Origin: Candidatus Micrarchaeota archaeon
Lineage (GTDB): Archaea > Micrarchaeota > Micrarchaeia > Anstonellales > JAGGVH01
Direction: 5' to 3'
Assembly (NCBI GenBank): GCA_020854835.1
Contig: JAHKLX010000055.1
Span: 11,691-75,690, forward strand
DNA: 64,000 nt
Part shown: one piece after another, positions 48,943-57,111 of the stretch
Layout: each line of letters begins with the position of its first letter
Position numbering within the stretch: position 1 is the stretch's first letter
The notes under the pieces: model-generated
Database searches by the model: none
What the model saw: only the letters and a program-made list of their open reading frames with translations
What the model was told of the DNA's origin: nothing
Program-made: the position numbers and the translations under genes

Positions 48943-48956
48943 TTTTAGACCTCACG

Positions 48957-49045
48957 AAAACAGAGAATTAGACCGTTATGCGCCGTGCACTGTTGACTGC
49001 ACCTTCATCACGAATGCTCAGGCCGCCATCCGTGCACAGCGAACA
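48957..49045 (-). ncRNA. candidate structured small RNA or cis element with K-turn-like motif (class unassigned)
   Basis: I counted 44 G+C in the 75 nt 48971-49045 (~59%), in an otherwise AT-rich intergenic space. On the minus strand a 10-bp stem forms between CGCTGTGCAC (49041-49032) and GTGCACGGCG (48990-48981), with a G-U on the minus strand that would be a C-A mismatch on the plus strand. The enclosed CCTGA-gcattcg-TGATGAAGG (49022-49002) has the CUGA/UGAUGA geometry of an L7Ae-binding K-turn or K-loop. A T4 run follows at 48960-48957. Confidence 0.3.
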
Positions 49046-49049
49046 AATG

Positions 49050-49526
49050 TTACTTTGTGATTGTTGTTGAATATTGTGTCAGATCTGCCAAGTTGGTATC
49101 ATATCTCTTTATGATTTCCTGTTCTATCAAAACATCAACAAGAGAAGGATACGCAATCAATACGTCGCTTTCGGTTATTATGCCTATTATCTTTTTTTTG
49201 CTCCCCATAACGGGAAGTTTTTTTATGCCGTATTTTTTCATGGCCAAAGCAGCTTCTCTTATAGACGAATTTATCGAAATAACTCTAAGAGGTGTGCTCA
49301 TTATCTTATCTAATTTTGTCGTTTTAGGATCTCTTTTTTTGGCAACAACTTTTCTCACAATATCTCTCTCAGTTGCAATACCAACTGCTTTATTTTTTTT
49401 AGTAACAATTACGCTACCAACTTCTGCTTCATGCATAATTTTGGCAGCATTGTAAACGGTATCAAAAGAGTCAAGAACTATAATTCCTTTTCTCATACAG
49501 TCCCCTACTCTAATCTCTGTTTCCAT
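49050..49526 (-). CDS. CBS-domain pair protein
   Basis: I chose start METEIRVGDCM. There are two CBS repeats (VGSVIVTKKNKAVGIATERDI; KKLPVMGSKKKIIGIITESDV). Confidence 0.8.
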   Translation of the reverse strand: METEIRVGDCMRKGIIVLDSFDTVYNAAKIMHEAEVGSVIVTKKNKAVGIATERDIVRKVVAKKRDPKTTKLDKIMSTPLRVISINSSIREAALAMKKYGIKKLPVMGSKKKIIGIITESDVLIAYPSLVDVLIEQEIIKRYDTNLADLTQYSTTITK

Positions 49527-49590
49527 AAATATAATTAAGTTTGATATAGTTTTTAAAGCTTGCGGAAGATCGGAAGACTGCACGGTCTGA

Positions 49591-50286
49591 CTAAGGAGAT
49601 ATGTTTTTTGCTTTTTCTAATTCAATGAAAATTTGATCGCATATTGCTTTAGTTTTTGGATCTTGAAAAGCTAGTTCTTTGAACCTTTCTAGGAAAAGAG
49701 AATATTTAGTTATTCCTTTTTTAACTTTTTTAGGATTTTGAGAAATTAATTCTTGTAAACTAGAAGAATTATGCAGGATATCACATAATTTAACTGGCAA
49801 AACCTCTGCATTTATGCCCTCGCCGTAAGAATAATAATTGTTTGAAAGTCTTTTTACATTTTCCAAAACAACTTCTGCTTTGTTTCCCAGCACAGGTTTT
49901 AGTTTGTTTAGAATTTCACTTTCGAGATTTTTGACAGGATATCCATTTCGCGGACCTTCTTCTAAAACATCGTGCAATACTGCTGCAGATAAAAGAACAG
50001 AATCAGTGAAACCGAATCTCAAAAGATTTAGGCTAACTTTTAGTGGATGTGTAATATATGGATCCCCCGTATCTCTTTTTTGAGTTTTGTGGACTTTTTC
50101 TGCAATGCCGTATGCAATAGTGAAAGCGTTTGTTGTTTTCTGGGGCAGTTTTAGTTTTTTAAATTCAGATAGTATATCCTCCAAAGTAACGGTTTTTTGT
50201 TGTGAGTACTGTTGAAAATCCTGTGCATTGAGAGCAGTGGAACCTGAATTTGGTGCTTTGTTTTTTGGAATTGTTTTGATAGCCAT
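49591..50286 (-). CDS. HD-domain hydrolase, RelA/SpoT-type (ppGpp-hydrolase-like) fold
   Basis: 231 aa. YITHPLKVSLNL....DSVLLSAAVLHDVLEE matches the HD(4) SpoT/Mesh1 pattern HP..V......D...aALLHDvvED. ~60-aa N-terminal extension. Confidence 0.72.
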   Translation of the reverse strand: MAIKTIPKNKAPNSGSTALNAQDFQQYSQQKTVTLEDILSEFKKLKLPQKTTNAFTIAYGIAEKVHKTQKRDTGDPYITHPLKVSLNLLRFGFTDSVLLSAAVLHDVLEEGPRNGYPVKNLESEILNKLKPVLGNKAEVVLENVKRLSNNYYSYGEGINAEVLPVKLCDILHNSSSLQELISQNPKKVKKGITKYSLFLERFKELAFQDPKTKAICDQIFIELEKAKNISP

Positions 50287-50446
50287 GATATTAATATAAT
50301 GGGAGAATATTATAAATATTTGTTAAACTTTATTAAAAAAAGAAATGATGTGCCAATAATTGGGATAACGCGTATTTTTAAAGGTTTTTCTTTAATATAC
50401 ACTATAGTTTACAAACAACAACATCATAATTATTTTGGGAGATTAA

Positions 50447-50971
50447 ATGGCAAAAAAAACTTTGGAAACGAGAGAAGAATTTGATGATGTTTTTTTACGC
50501 AAACAGAGAAATAACTCTTCAAAAAAATATTTGGCAAGATTATTGGATCCTTTATCAAATACATATCCTCTGCCCAATAAAAGAAAGTTTTTGGAAAGAA
50601 TAGAGGAGTTGTGTTCGCAGAAAAAAAAACTTATGAGACAAGGAGATATAAAACATTTGTTCGGCAGACTTGGGAAAAATATTGAATTTCTTGCACCTGA
50701 AGACTTGTTGGAAGGAGATACGACTATTGAAGAAAGGATGGAAAAAATAATTGAAAGAAAAATAAACGGAGATAAGCAAAGTGAAAAAGCATTTGAAGAG
50801 GGTTTGTTGGAAGAAATTGATGAACTGGGAGATCTATTATTTAAATACTACACTACTAGTTTAGATGCCTTGCCAGAAGAGGCATATTTAGAAGCACGCA
50901 GAAAAAGAGATGAACTTCCAGATATTAGTGTTTTGAAAAAAACATTGGGAATATATAAAAAAATGCTGTGA
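50447..50971 (+). CDS. hypothetical protein
   Basis: 174 aa, SD gggag. Its stop overlaps the GTG start of the repeat protein. Confidence 0.5.
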   Translation: MAKKTLETREEFDDVFLRKQRNNSSKKYLARLLDPLSNTYPLPNKRKFLERIEELCSQKKKLMRQGDIKHLFGRLGKNIEFLAPEDLLEGDTTIEERMEKIIERKINGDKQSEKAFEEGLLEEIDELGDLLFKYYTTSLDALPEEAYLEARRKRDELPDISVLKKTLGIYKKML

Positions 50972-53856
50972 TTGGGAGCATAACTTTTGAAGATTTGAAA
51001 GTTGAAACTTCAAAAGAAAGAAACGCAGTTTTGGAAAGAATTAAATCCCAAAGTATTTCAAAATCACATTCAGAAGCTGATAATTATTCAAATATTCCTG
51101 GAACAACATATGTTTCTGATGAGAGCATGATAAATTTTTTTATTATGCTTGAAAAAACATGCAAAACAAAAATTGTGGCTGATGAAAAGAAAGGATTGAT
51201 TTATGAAAATGTGTTTTGCGTTCCGAAAATTCGTACATTATCGCTTGCTTTTTTTGGGTATAAATATGGTAAAAAAAGAGATGCAGAACTCTATGTTGAA
51301 TCTTGTGGGATGAAAAAAACTGTAGATACTTTTTATCATGGCAGTATATCGCGAGCCTTAGAAGATACTGAAAAAAGGATTAAAACAACAAATAAAGAAT
51401 TTGTCTCGCCATGGAAATCAAAGTTTGAAAATACTCCTGCTGAAAATGACTTTTTAGAGCTGCTTTGCGGATTTCAAGAAAAAAAACCTGAAAAAAGAAT
51501 TGTGAAAATAGATTACACTCGCCAACCTAAAAAAGAAGACTCGCCTAAAAGACTATTTAGAAAATATTGTAAGATTTCTGGATTGGGAGATATTTCAGAA
51601 ATAGTGGAACACACTCAAGATAAAAATAATTTGTATGGTTTTATTCTTTATCTTGAACTCATAAAAAAACCAGAAACTGTGTATAAAGAGGATTTCGAGA
51701 AATGGGGATTGGAAAAATTCTATTTGGAAAGAATAAAAAATAATCCTGAATTGGCTGAAAACGGAAATGATCCTTTAATTGTTTTGTTGAAAAGAGTTAA
51801 TGCATTTAAAATTAGTGCAAAAATTAGAAGTTGGGAAGATGTTGATTATTCAAAAACTGATGGACGAAATGGGGCAATAAGAAAAAGAACTTGTGTAAAG
51901 ACAAAAGAAGAATGGGAAAATATTATTTGTGAAGAATTGAAAAGAATATTTAAGGAAGAGGAAAAAGTTTTTGTTAGTAGGAGTAAACTGAAAACAAAAC
52001 AGCCTCTGCTTGCAAGGAGAATAGGTGCGCACATTGAAGTTCCTGAAGGATCAGATAAAACTAGGTATGAGTATATTATGGAAAAGGCAGGACTGGGGGA
52101 AGAGTTGAAAAGAGCTAGGAGAGAGAAAGGGTTTTCTAAGGATAGGGGATCACGCAGAAAAAAGACAAAAGAGGAATGGGAAAATATTATTTGTGAAGAA
52201 TTGAAGAGAATATTTAAGGAAGAAGGTAAGGTTTTTGTTAATGCAAATAGATTAAAAGAGAAATACCCCGATACTGTAACTAGGATATATACTCATATTC
52301 ATCCTCCCAAAGAATCGGGCAAAACTAGTTATGCATATATTATGGAAAAGGCAGGACTGGGGGAAGAGTTGAAAAGAGCTAGGAGAGAGAAAGGTTATTC
52401 GGAAAATATGGGATCACGCAGAAAAAAGACAAAAGAGGAAAGAGAAGAAGAGATTTGTGAAGAATTGAAGAGAATATTTAAGGAGGAAGGTAAGGTTTTT
52501 GTCAGTAGGGGTAAATTAGGAAAAGAATATCCAAATTTAGCATATAAAATTAAAAAATACGTTAGGCCTCCTGAAGATGAAACATATGATCTTTATGAAT
52601 GGGTAATAAAAAAAGCAGGACTGGGGGAAGAGTTGAAAAGAGCTAGGGAAGAGCAAAAATCCATTTCGGATGTTAAACCCTATGAAAGAAGAACAAAAGA
52701 AGAATGGGAAAATATTATTTGTGAAGAATTGAAGAGAATATTTAAGGAAGAAGGTAAGGTTTTTGTCAGTGTGAATAAATTAAAGAAAGAACATTTTACT
52801 CTTGCAAAAAGGATATACGCATATGTTCGTTGCCCCGAAGGATCAGACAAAACTAGTTATGCATATATTATGGATAAGGCAGGACTGGGGGAAGAGTTGA
52901 AAAGAGCTAGGAGAGAGAAAGGTTATTCGGAAAATATGGGATCACGCAGAAAAAAGGTAATGGAAGAAGAGATTTGTGAAGAATTGAAAAGAATATTTAA
53001 GGAAGAAGGTAAGGTTTTTGTCAGTGTGAATAAATTAAAGAAAGAACATTTTACTCTTGCAAAAAGGATATATAACCATATTGCTGTTCCCGCAAATTTA
53101 GGTAAAACTAGTTATGCATATATTATGGAAAAGGCAGGACTGGGAGAAGAGTTGAAAAGAGCTAGGGAAGAGCAAAAATCCATTTCGGATGTTAAACCCT
53201 ATGAAAGAAGAACAAAAGAAGAATGGGAAAATATTATTTGTGAAGAATTGAAGAGAATATTTAAGGAAGAAGGTAAGGTTTTTGTTAATGCAAATAAATT
53301 AAATAAAAAGTATCCTTCCATCGTAAATAGGATATATACTCATATTCATCCTCCCAAAGAATCGGGCAAAACTAGTTATGCATATATTATGGAAAAGGCA
53401 GGACTGGGAGAAGAGTTGAAAAAGGCAAATAATAAAGGAGAGTTACCCGACAAGATGCGCGTACGCAAAAGAAAAGTTGTGGAAGATGCTGGAGAAAAAA
53501 ATAAAATTCTTCTTGAAATATTAGGCGAGCTTAGAAAAATACAAAAGGGTGATGGGCTTCCTGTACGAAATAGTGAATTTTTGAACAATTATCCAAAAAT
53601 AGCATATAGAATTTACAAAGAATTGGATTGGTTGATTCTCCCACCGCACTATAATTCATTGTATGCATATATTGTTTCACTTATAGATGCACAAGATCCA
53701 ATAGCAAAAGTTAGAAATTTTCAGTCATTTGATTCGGATGATAAATACGAAGCTACTGTCAAAATCTTGAGAAATTCGGATGTTGTTTTTGTTGATGGAA
53801 TTACCCATGAAACTCTTATTGAAACTATAAAAGAATATGAACGTAATAAAAAGTAA
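50968..53856 (+). CDS. large hypothetical protein with six-plus-one tandem ~87-aa helical repeats
   Basis: 962-aa uninterrupted ORF (GTG start). It has an N-terminal ~310-aa unique region, then the repeats KTKEEWENIICEELKRIFKEEGKVFV..[variable core]..YAYIMEKAGLGEELKRAR plus a linker. The reading frame is maintained through all repeats. Confidence 0.75.
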   Translation: MIGSITFEDLKVETSKERNAVLERIKSQSISKSHSEADNYSNIPGTTYVSDESMINFFIMLEKTCKTKIVADEKKGLIYENVFCVPKIRTLSLAFFGYKYGKKRDAELYVESCGMKKTVDTFYHGSISRALEDTEKRIKTTNKEFVSPWKSKFENTPAENDFLELLCGFQEKKPEKRIVKIDYTRQPKKEDSPKRLFRKYCKISGLGDISEIVEHTQDKNNLYGFILYLELIKKPETVYKEDFEKWGLEKFYLERIKNNPELAENGNDPLIVLLKRVNAFKISAKIRSWEDVDYSKTDGRNGAIRKRTCVKTKEEWENIICEELKRIFKEEEKVFVSRSKLKTKQPLLARRIGAHIEVPEGSDKTRYEYIMEKAGLGEELKRARREKGFSKDRGSRRKKTKEEWENIICEELKRIFKEEGKVFVNANRLKEKYPDTVTRIYTHIHPPKESGKTSYAYIMEKAGLGEELKRARREKGYSENMGSRRKKTKEEREEEICEELKRIFKEEGKVFVSRGKLGKEYPNLAYKIKKYVRPPEDETYDLYEWVIKKAGLGEELKRAREEQKSISDVKPYERRTKEEWENIICEELKRIFKEEGKVFVSVNKLKKEHFTLAKRIYAYVRCPEGSDKTSYAYIMDKAGLGEELKRARREKGYSENMGSRRKKVMEEEICEELKRIFKEEGKVFVSVNKLKKEHFTLAKRIYNHIAVPANLGKTSYAYIMEKAGLGEELKRAREEQKSISDVKPYERRTKEEWENIICEELKRIFKEEGKVFVNANKLNKKYPSIVNRIYTHIHPPKESGKTSYAYIMEKAGLGEELKKANNKGELPDKMRVRKRKVVEDAGEKNKILLEILGELRKIQKGDGLPVRNSEFLNNYPKIAYRIYKELDWLILPPHYNSLYAYIVSLIDAQDPIAKVRNFQSFDSDDKYEATVKILRNSDVVFVDGITHETLIETIKEYERNKK
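51895..53440. repeat. intragenic tandem repeat array, period ~255-267 bp, six copies
   Basis: Exact identities read directly from the sequence: 52627-52766 equals 53146-53285 (140 nt), and 52348-52428 equals 52876-52956 (81 nt). Confidence 0.92.
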
Positions 53857-53979
53857 CGGGTCCAGAGGGATTTGAACCCTCGGCCTACTGGTTTCTTCTT
53901 TATATATGCAGATTCTTTATACTGAAATTAAAGAAAGTGCTTAAGAGCCAGCCGCTCTACCAAGCTGAGCTATGGACCC
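53857..53979 (-). tRNA. tRNA-Lys (CTT) with ~49-nt intron at 37/38
   Basis: Minus-strand read GGGTCCA TA GCTC AGCTTGGTA GAGC G GCTGG CTCTTA [intron] A CCAGT AGGCC GAGGG TTCAAAT CCCTC TGGACCC G. It starts 1 nt after the stop of the 962-aa ORF on the opposite strand. Confidence 0.85.
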
Positions 53980-54059
53980 AAAAATACTTAAATCTAAAAC
54001 AAAGATAGTTGAAACTGTTTAAAAATGTTTTTGAATATCAATTCTATTAGTTTTAAGAT

Positions 54060-54180
54060 GTCGGGGTGGCCTAGCCTGGTAGGGCGCTGGACTGCTAATC
54101 CAGTTTGCGTAAGCATTCGAGGGTTCAATAAACGTTTTCTTTGTTGAAAGAAATTGTTTGAACAAATCCCTCCCCCGACG
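54060..54180 (+). tRNA. tRNA-Ser (GCT) with ~37-nt intron inside the T-loop (non-canonical position)
   Basis: GTCGGGG TG GCCT AGCCTGGTA GGGC G CTGGA CTGCTAA TCCAG TTTGCGTAAGCATTC GAGGG [TTCAA..37 nt..AT] CCCTC CCCCGAC G. The anticodon loop is intact. 44 nt separate the T-stem strands, and excision restores TTCAAAT. Confidence 0.7.
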
Positions 54181-54189
54181 CTTTTCTCT

Positions 54190-54750
54190 TTATTTCTCTA
54201 ATCTCATCCAGATAGTATCCATATACCTGTTTTTATGCATGGTCCAGTTTGGAAATCTCGCAAATTCAACAAACCCAACTTTTTCATAAACCTTTCTTGC
54301 GTATTCATTCTCGCCCTCGTATTCTAACACAATGTTTTTAGGGTTCCATTTATCCCTAACGGCCTCGATAATATGATTTAACAAGAATTTGCCGAGGCCT
54401 TTGCCCCGATAATCTTTCAACATGGCTATTCCTAAAGTAACATTATTCTTTTCTTTGCGCTTTCCGCGCCAAGCATTTGCCATGCCCACAATCTTGTCTT
54501 TATCTTCAACAACAATATCAATCCTTTGATTTTTCTTGGCGCCCTCACACAAAGATTTGACCCATTCAATCTCTTCTTTAAGTGTAGGTGTTTTTTCTCT
54601 GCTTATATAAACATCCTCATTGCTATTTTTTAGGAGTTCTTTGATATATTTCAAATATTGTTTAGGATCCTCTTTTGTATAATTACTACTAACCTTCCTC
54701 AATGAAACAATTGTTCCATCTTTCAAAAGAATTTTCATTTTTTTAGACAT
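54190..54750 (-). CDS. GNAT-family N-acetyltransferase
   Basis: 186 aa. Motif A DYRGKGLGKFLLNHIIEAV. Confidence 0.8.
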   Translation of the reverse strand: MSKKMKILLKDGTIVSLRKVSSNYTKEDPKQYLKYIKELLKNSNEDVYISREKTPTLKEEIEWVKSLCEGAKKNQRIDIVVEDKDKIVGMANAWRGKRKEKNNVTLGIAMLKDYRGKGLGKFLLNHIIEAVRDKWNPKNIVLEYEGENEYARKVYEKVGFVEFARFPNWTMHKNRYMDTIWMRLEK

Positions 54751-54825
54751 GTTAAACCCTCAGTAAATGATAGGGCGACATATTTATAACTATTGAGCTT
54801 GTAATAAAATAGGGAGGTGAGATAG

Positions 54826-55227
54826 ATGAAAGAAATAACTGTTATAACAAAAAATGAAACGGGTGCACTGGCAAATATATGTGAAATTTTGGGGAAAACA
54901 GGAATTAATCTCCACGGCATCGCTGCTCAAGGATTTGAAGATAAAGGACTCGTTAAAATTGTCACAAGCGACCCAGTATCAAGCGAAAATTTTTTGAACA
55001 AGGGAGGATATCAAACACGAGCAAAAGACCTTGTTATTGTCAAAGTTATGGATAGACCTGGTGAACTTGGAAAAATAACAAAAAGAGTTTCTAGAGCAGG
55101 TATAAATTTGGATGCTGTTTATTTGTTGAATAGAACTGGTGGGTATGTTGAACTGGCCATTGTTCCTGATAAAACAGAAGATATCAAAAACATAATTGAA
55201 GCAGTTGGAAAAGAATATGTAATTTAA
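54826..55227 (+). CDS. tandem ACT-domain protein
   Basis: 133 aa. There are two beta-alpha-beta-beta-alpha-beta units (ITVITKNETGALANICEILGKTGINL; VIVKVMDRPGELGKITKRVSRAGINL). Confidence 0.7.
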   Translation: MKEITVITKNETGALANICEILGKTGINLHGIAAQGFEDKGLVKIVTSDPVSSENFLNKGGYQTRAKDLVIVKVMDRPGELGKITKRVSRAGINLDAVYLLNRTGGYVELAIVPDKTEDIKNIIEAVGKEYVI

Positions 55228-55263
55228 TTCTTTTCTTTTTTTATATTGAATTGGTGAAATGTT

Positions 55264-57009
55264 ATGATTAGACAGCCGATAGTGGCCGTTTTAGGCCATG
55301 TGGACCATGGAAAAACCTCATTATTAGATATGATTAGGGGTACGGCTGTTGCTTCTAAAGAAGCAGGTGCAATTACACAACACGTGGGTGCATCTGAAAT
55401 TGATGTTGACACTATAAAAAAAGTCTGCGGTTCTGTTTTATTGAAAACAAAAATTGACATAAAAATACCTGGATTGCTTTTTATAGACACTCCAGGTCAC
55501 GAAGCCTTTACATCTTTAAGAGACAGAGGAGGTTCAATTGCAGATATTGCATTATTGATAATCGATATAACGCAAGGAATTCAGCCTCAAACTATAGAAT
55601 CAATAAATATACTGAAAACGCATAAAACTCCTTTTATTGTTGTTGCAAATAAAGTTGATAGGTTCCAAGGTTGGAAATCAAAAAAAACTTATTCAATAAG
55701 TGAAAGCTTGAGCCAGCAACAAATAAGTGACGATTTGGATATGAAACTATATGAAATTGTTGGGGAGCTGTCTGAACACGGATTTGATTCTGAAAGATTT
55801 GATAGAGTGATGGATTTCACCAAACAGATAATGATAATTCCTGCAAGTGCAAAAACAGGAGAAGGCATGGCAGAAATATTGCTTTATTTATCCGGCATAT
55901 CCCAAAAATTCCTTGAACAAAATTTAAATATTGAAGTTAAAGGACCTGGAAAAGGATCGATATTAGAAGTTAAAGAAGAAAAAGGTTTGGGCACTACAGT
56001 TGATTTAATTATTTATGATGGAAAATTAAGCAAAGCAGATGAAATTGTTTTTGGAACGCTCGATGGCCCTAAAAAAACAAAAGTTCGCGCAATGATGAAA
56101 CCGCGATTGCCAGGTGAAAAAGGTGAAGGAAAATTCAAATATGTCGACGATATTTATGCAGCTGCTGGAGCCAAGATATTTGCACCAGAATTAGATGGGG
56201 CAGTATCAGGATCACCAGTCATGGTCATTTCAAACAATGAAAAAGAAGCTTTCAAAATAATAGCTGATCAAATGAAGGAAATATTGTTTGAATCAGAACA
56301 ATGCGGAGTTGTAATAAAGACAGATACACTAGGTTCGGCAGAAGCATTGATGAAGATGATGAATGAAAAAAACATTCCTGCGCGTTCAATAAATATCGGC
56401 GATGTACACAAAAAAGATATTTTGGATGCGCAAGTTGTTAAAGAATCAAACAAATATTTGGGCATTATTTTGGGTTTTAATGTCAAGATTAATACTGAAG
56501 TTCTAGAAACTGCTGAAAAGATGGAAATACCAGTTATTACAAGCAATGTCATTTATGATTTGATAGATAAATACGTTGAATGGAAAGATAAAGAAAAAAG
56601 AAAAGATATGGATGAAATGATTAAATCTGTCCCTTGGCCATGTTCTATGAAAATTTTACCGGGCCATATGTTTAGGGACTGTAAACCTTGTATAATAGGC
56701 GTTGAAATTTTAGTAGGAAAAATAAGATCTGGGACAAAATTGATGTCGGAACGCGGAGAAATTATAGGAGAAATAAAAAATATTCAATTAAACAAAGATT
56801 CAGTTTCTGAGGCAGTTAAAGGAATGAAAGTCGCAATATCAATTGATAAAGCAGTATACTGCAGACAACTGGCAGAAAACATGAAAATTTATCCTTTTAT
56901 AAACAAACAAATGTCTGATGTACTCATTAAAAAATTTGAAGATGAGTTGGAAACAGATGAAAAAGAACTTCTTGAGGAGATAGTTGGGAAATCAAGAAAC
57001 TTAATTTAA
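55264..57009 (+). CDS. infB: translation initiation factor aIF5B (IF2 homologue)
   Basis: 581 aa. RQPIVAVLGHVDHGKTSLLD, DTPGHEAF, ANKVDR. Archaeal aIF5B length. Confidence 0.93.
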   Translation: MIRQPIVAVLGHVDHGKTSLLDMIRGTAVASKEAGAITQHVGASEIDVDTIKKVCGSVLLKTKIDIKIPGLLFIDTPGHEAFTSLRDRGGSIADIALLIIDITQGIQPQTIESINILKTHKTPFIVVANKVDRFQGWKSKKTYSISESLSQQQISDDLDMKLYEIVGELSEHGFDSERFDRVMDFTKQIMIIPASAKTGEGMAEILLYLSGISQKFLEQNLNIEVKGPGKGSILEVKEEKGLGTTVDLIIYDGKLSKADEIVFGTLDGPKKTKVRAMMKPRLPGEKGEGKFKYVDDIYAAAGAKIFAPELDGAVSGSPVMVISNNEKEAFKIIADQMKEILFESEQCGVVIKTDTLGSAEALMKMMNEKNIPARSINIGDVHKKDILDAQVVKESNKYLGIILGFNVKINTEVLETAEKMEIPVITSNVIYDLIDKYVEWKDKEKRKDMDEMIKSVPWPCSMKILPGHMFRDCKPCIIGVEILVGKIRSGTKLMSERGEIIGEIKNIQLNKDSVSEAVKGMKVAISIDKAVYCRQLAENMKIYPFINKQMSDVLIKKFEDELETDEKELLEEIVGKSRNLI

Positions 57010-57111
57010 AAAAGTTAAATACTTTTTGTTAGTATATATGTATATAGATGTGTTATTAATAATTTAAAAGACTACAGTAGTATTTAAAATGTTTAATATT
57101 TTGAAAATAAT

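Noticed and set aside
48957-49045. Reading the GC-rich island as a canonical C/D box sRNA, a tRNA half or 5S rRNA.
   Set aside because: Only an internal CUGA..UGAUGA pair is present. There is no terminal C box upstream or D box downstream at guide-length spacing. No T-loop (GTTCRAAT) or 5S-like motifs are present. I kept it as an unclassified structured-RNA candidate.
50299-50484. 61-aa ORF in the divergent intergenic region between the HD gene and 50447.
   Set aside because: It is an AT-rich promoter-like spacer with an implausible translation. It also overlaps the SD-preceded start of the 174-aa ORF.
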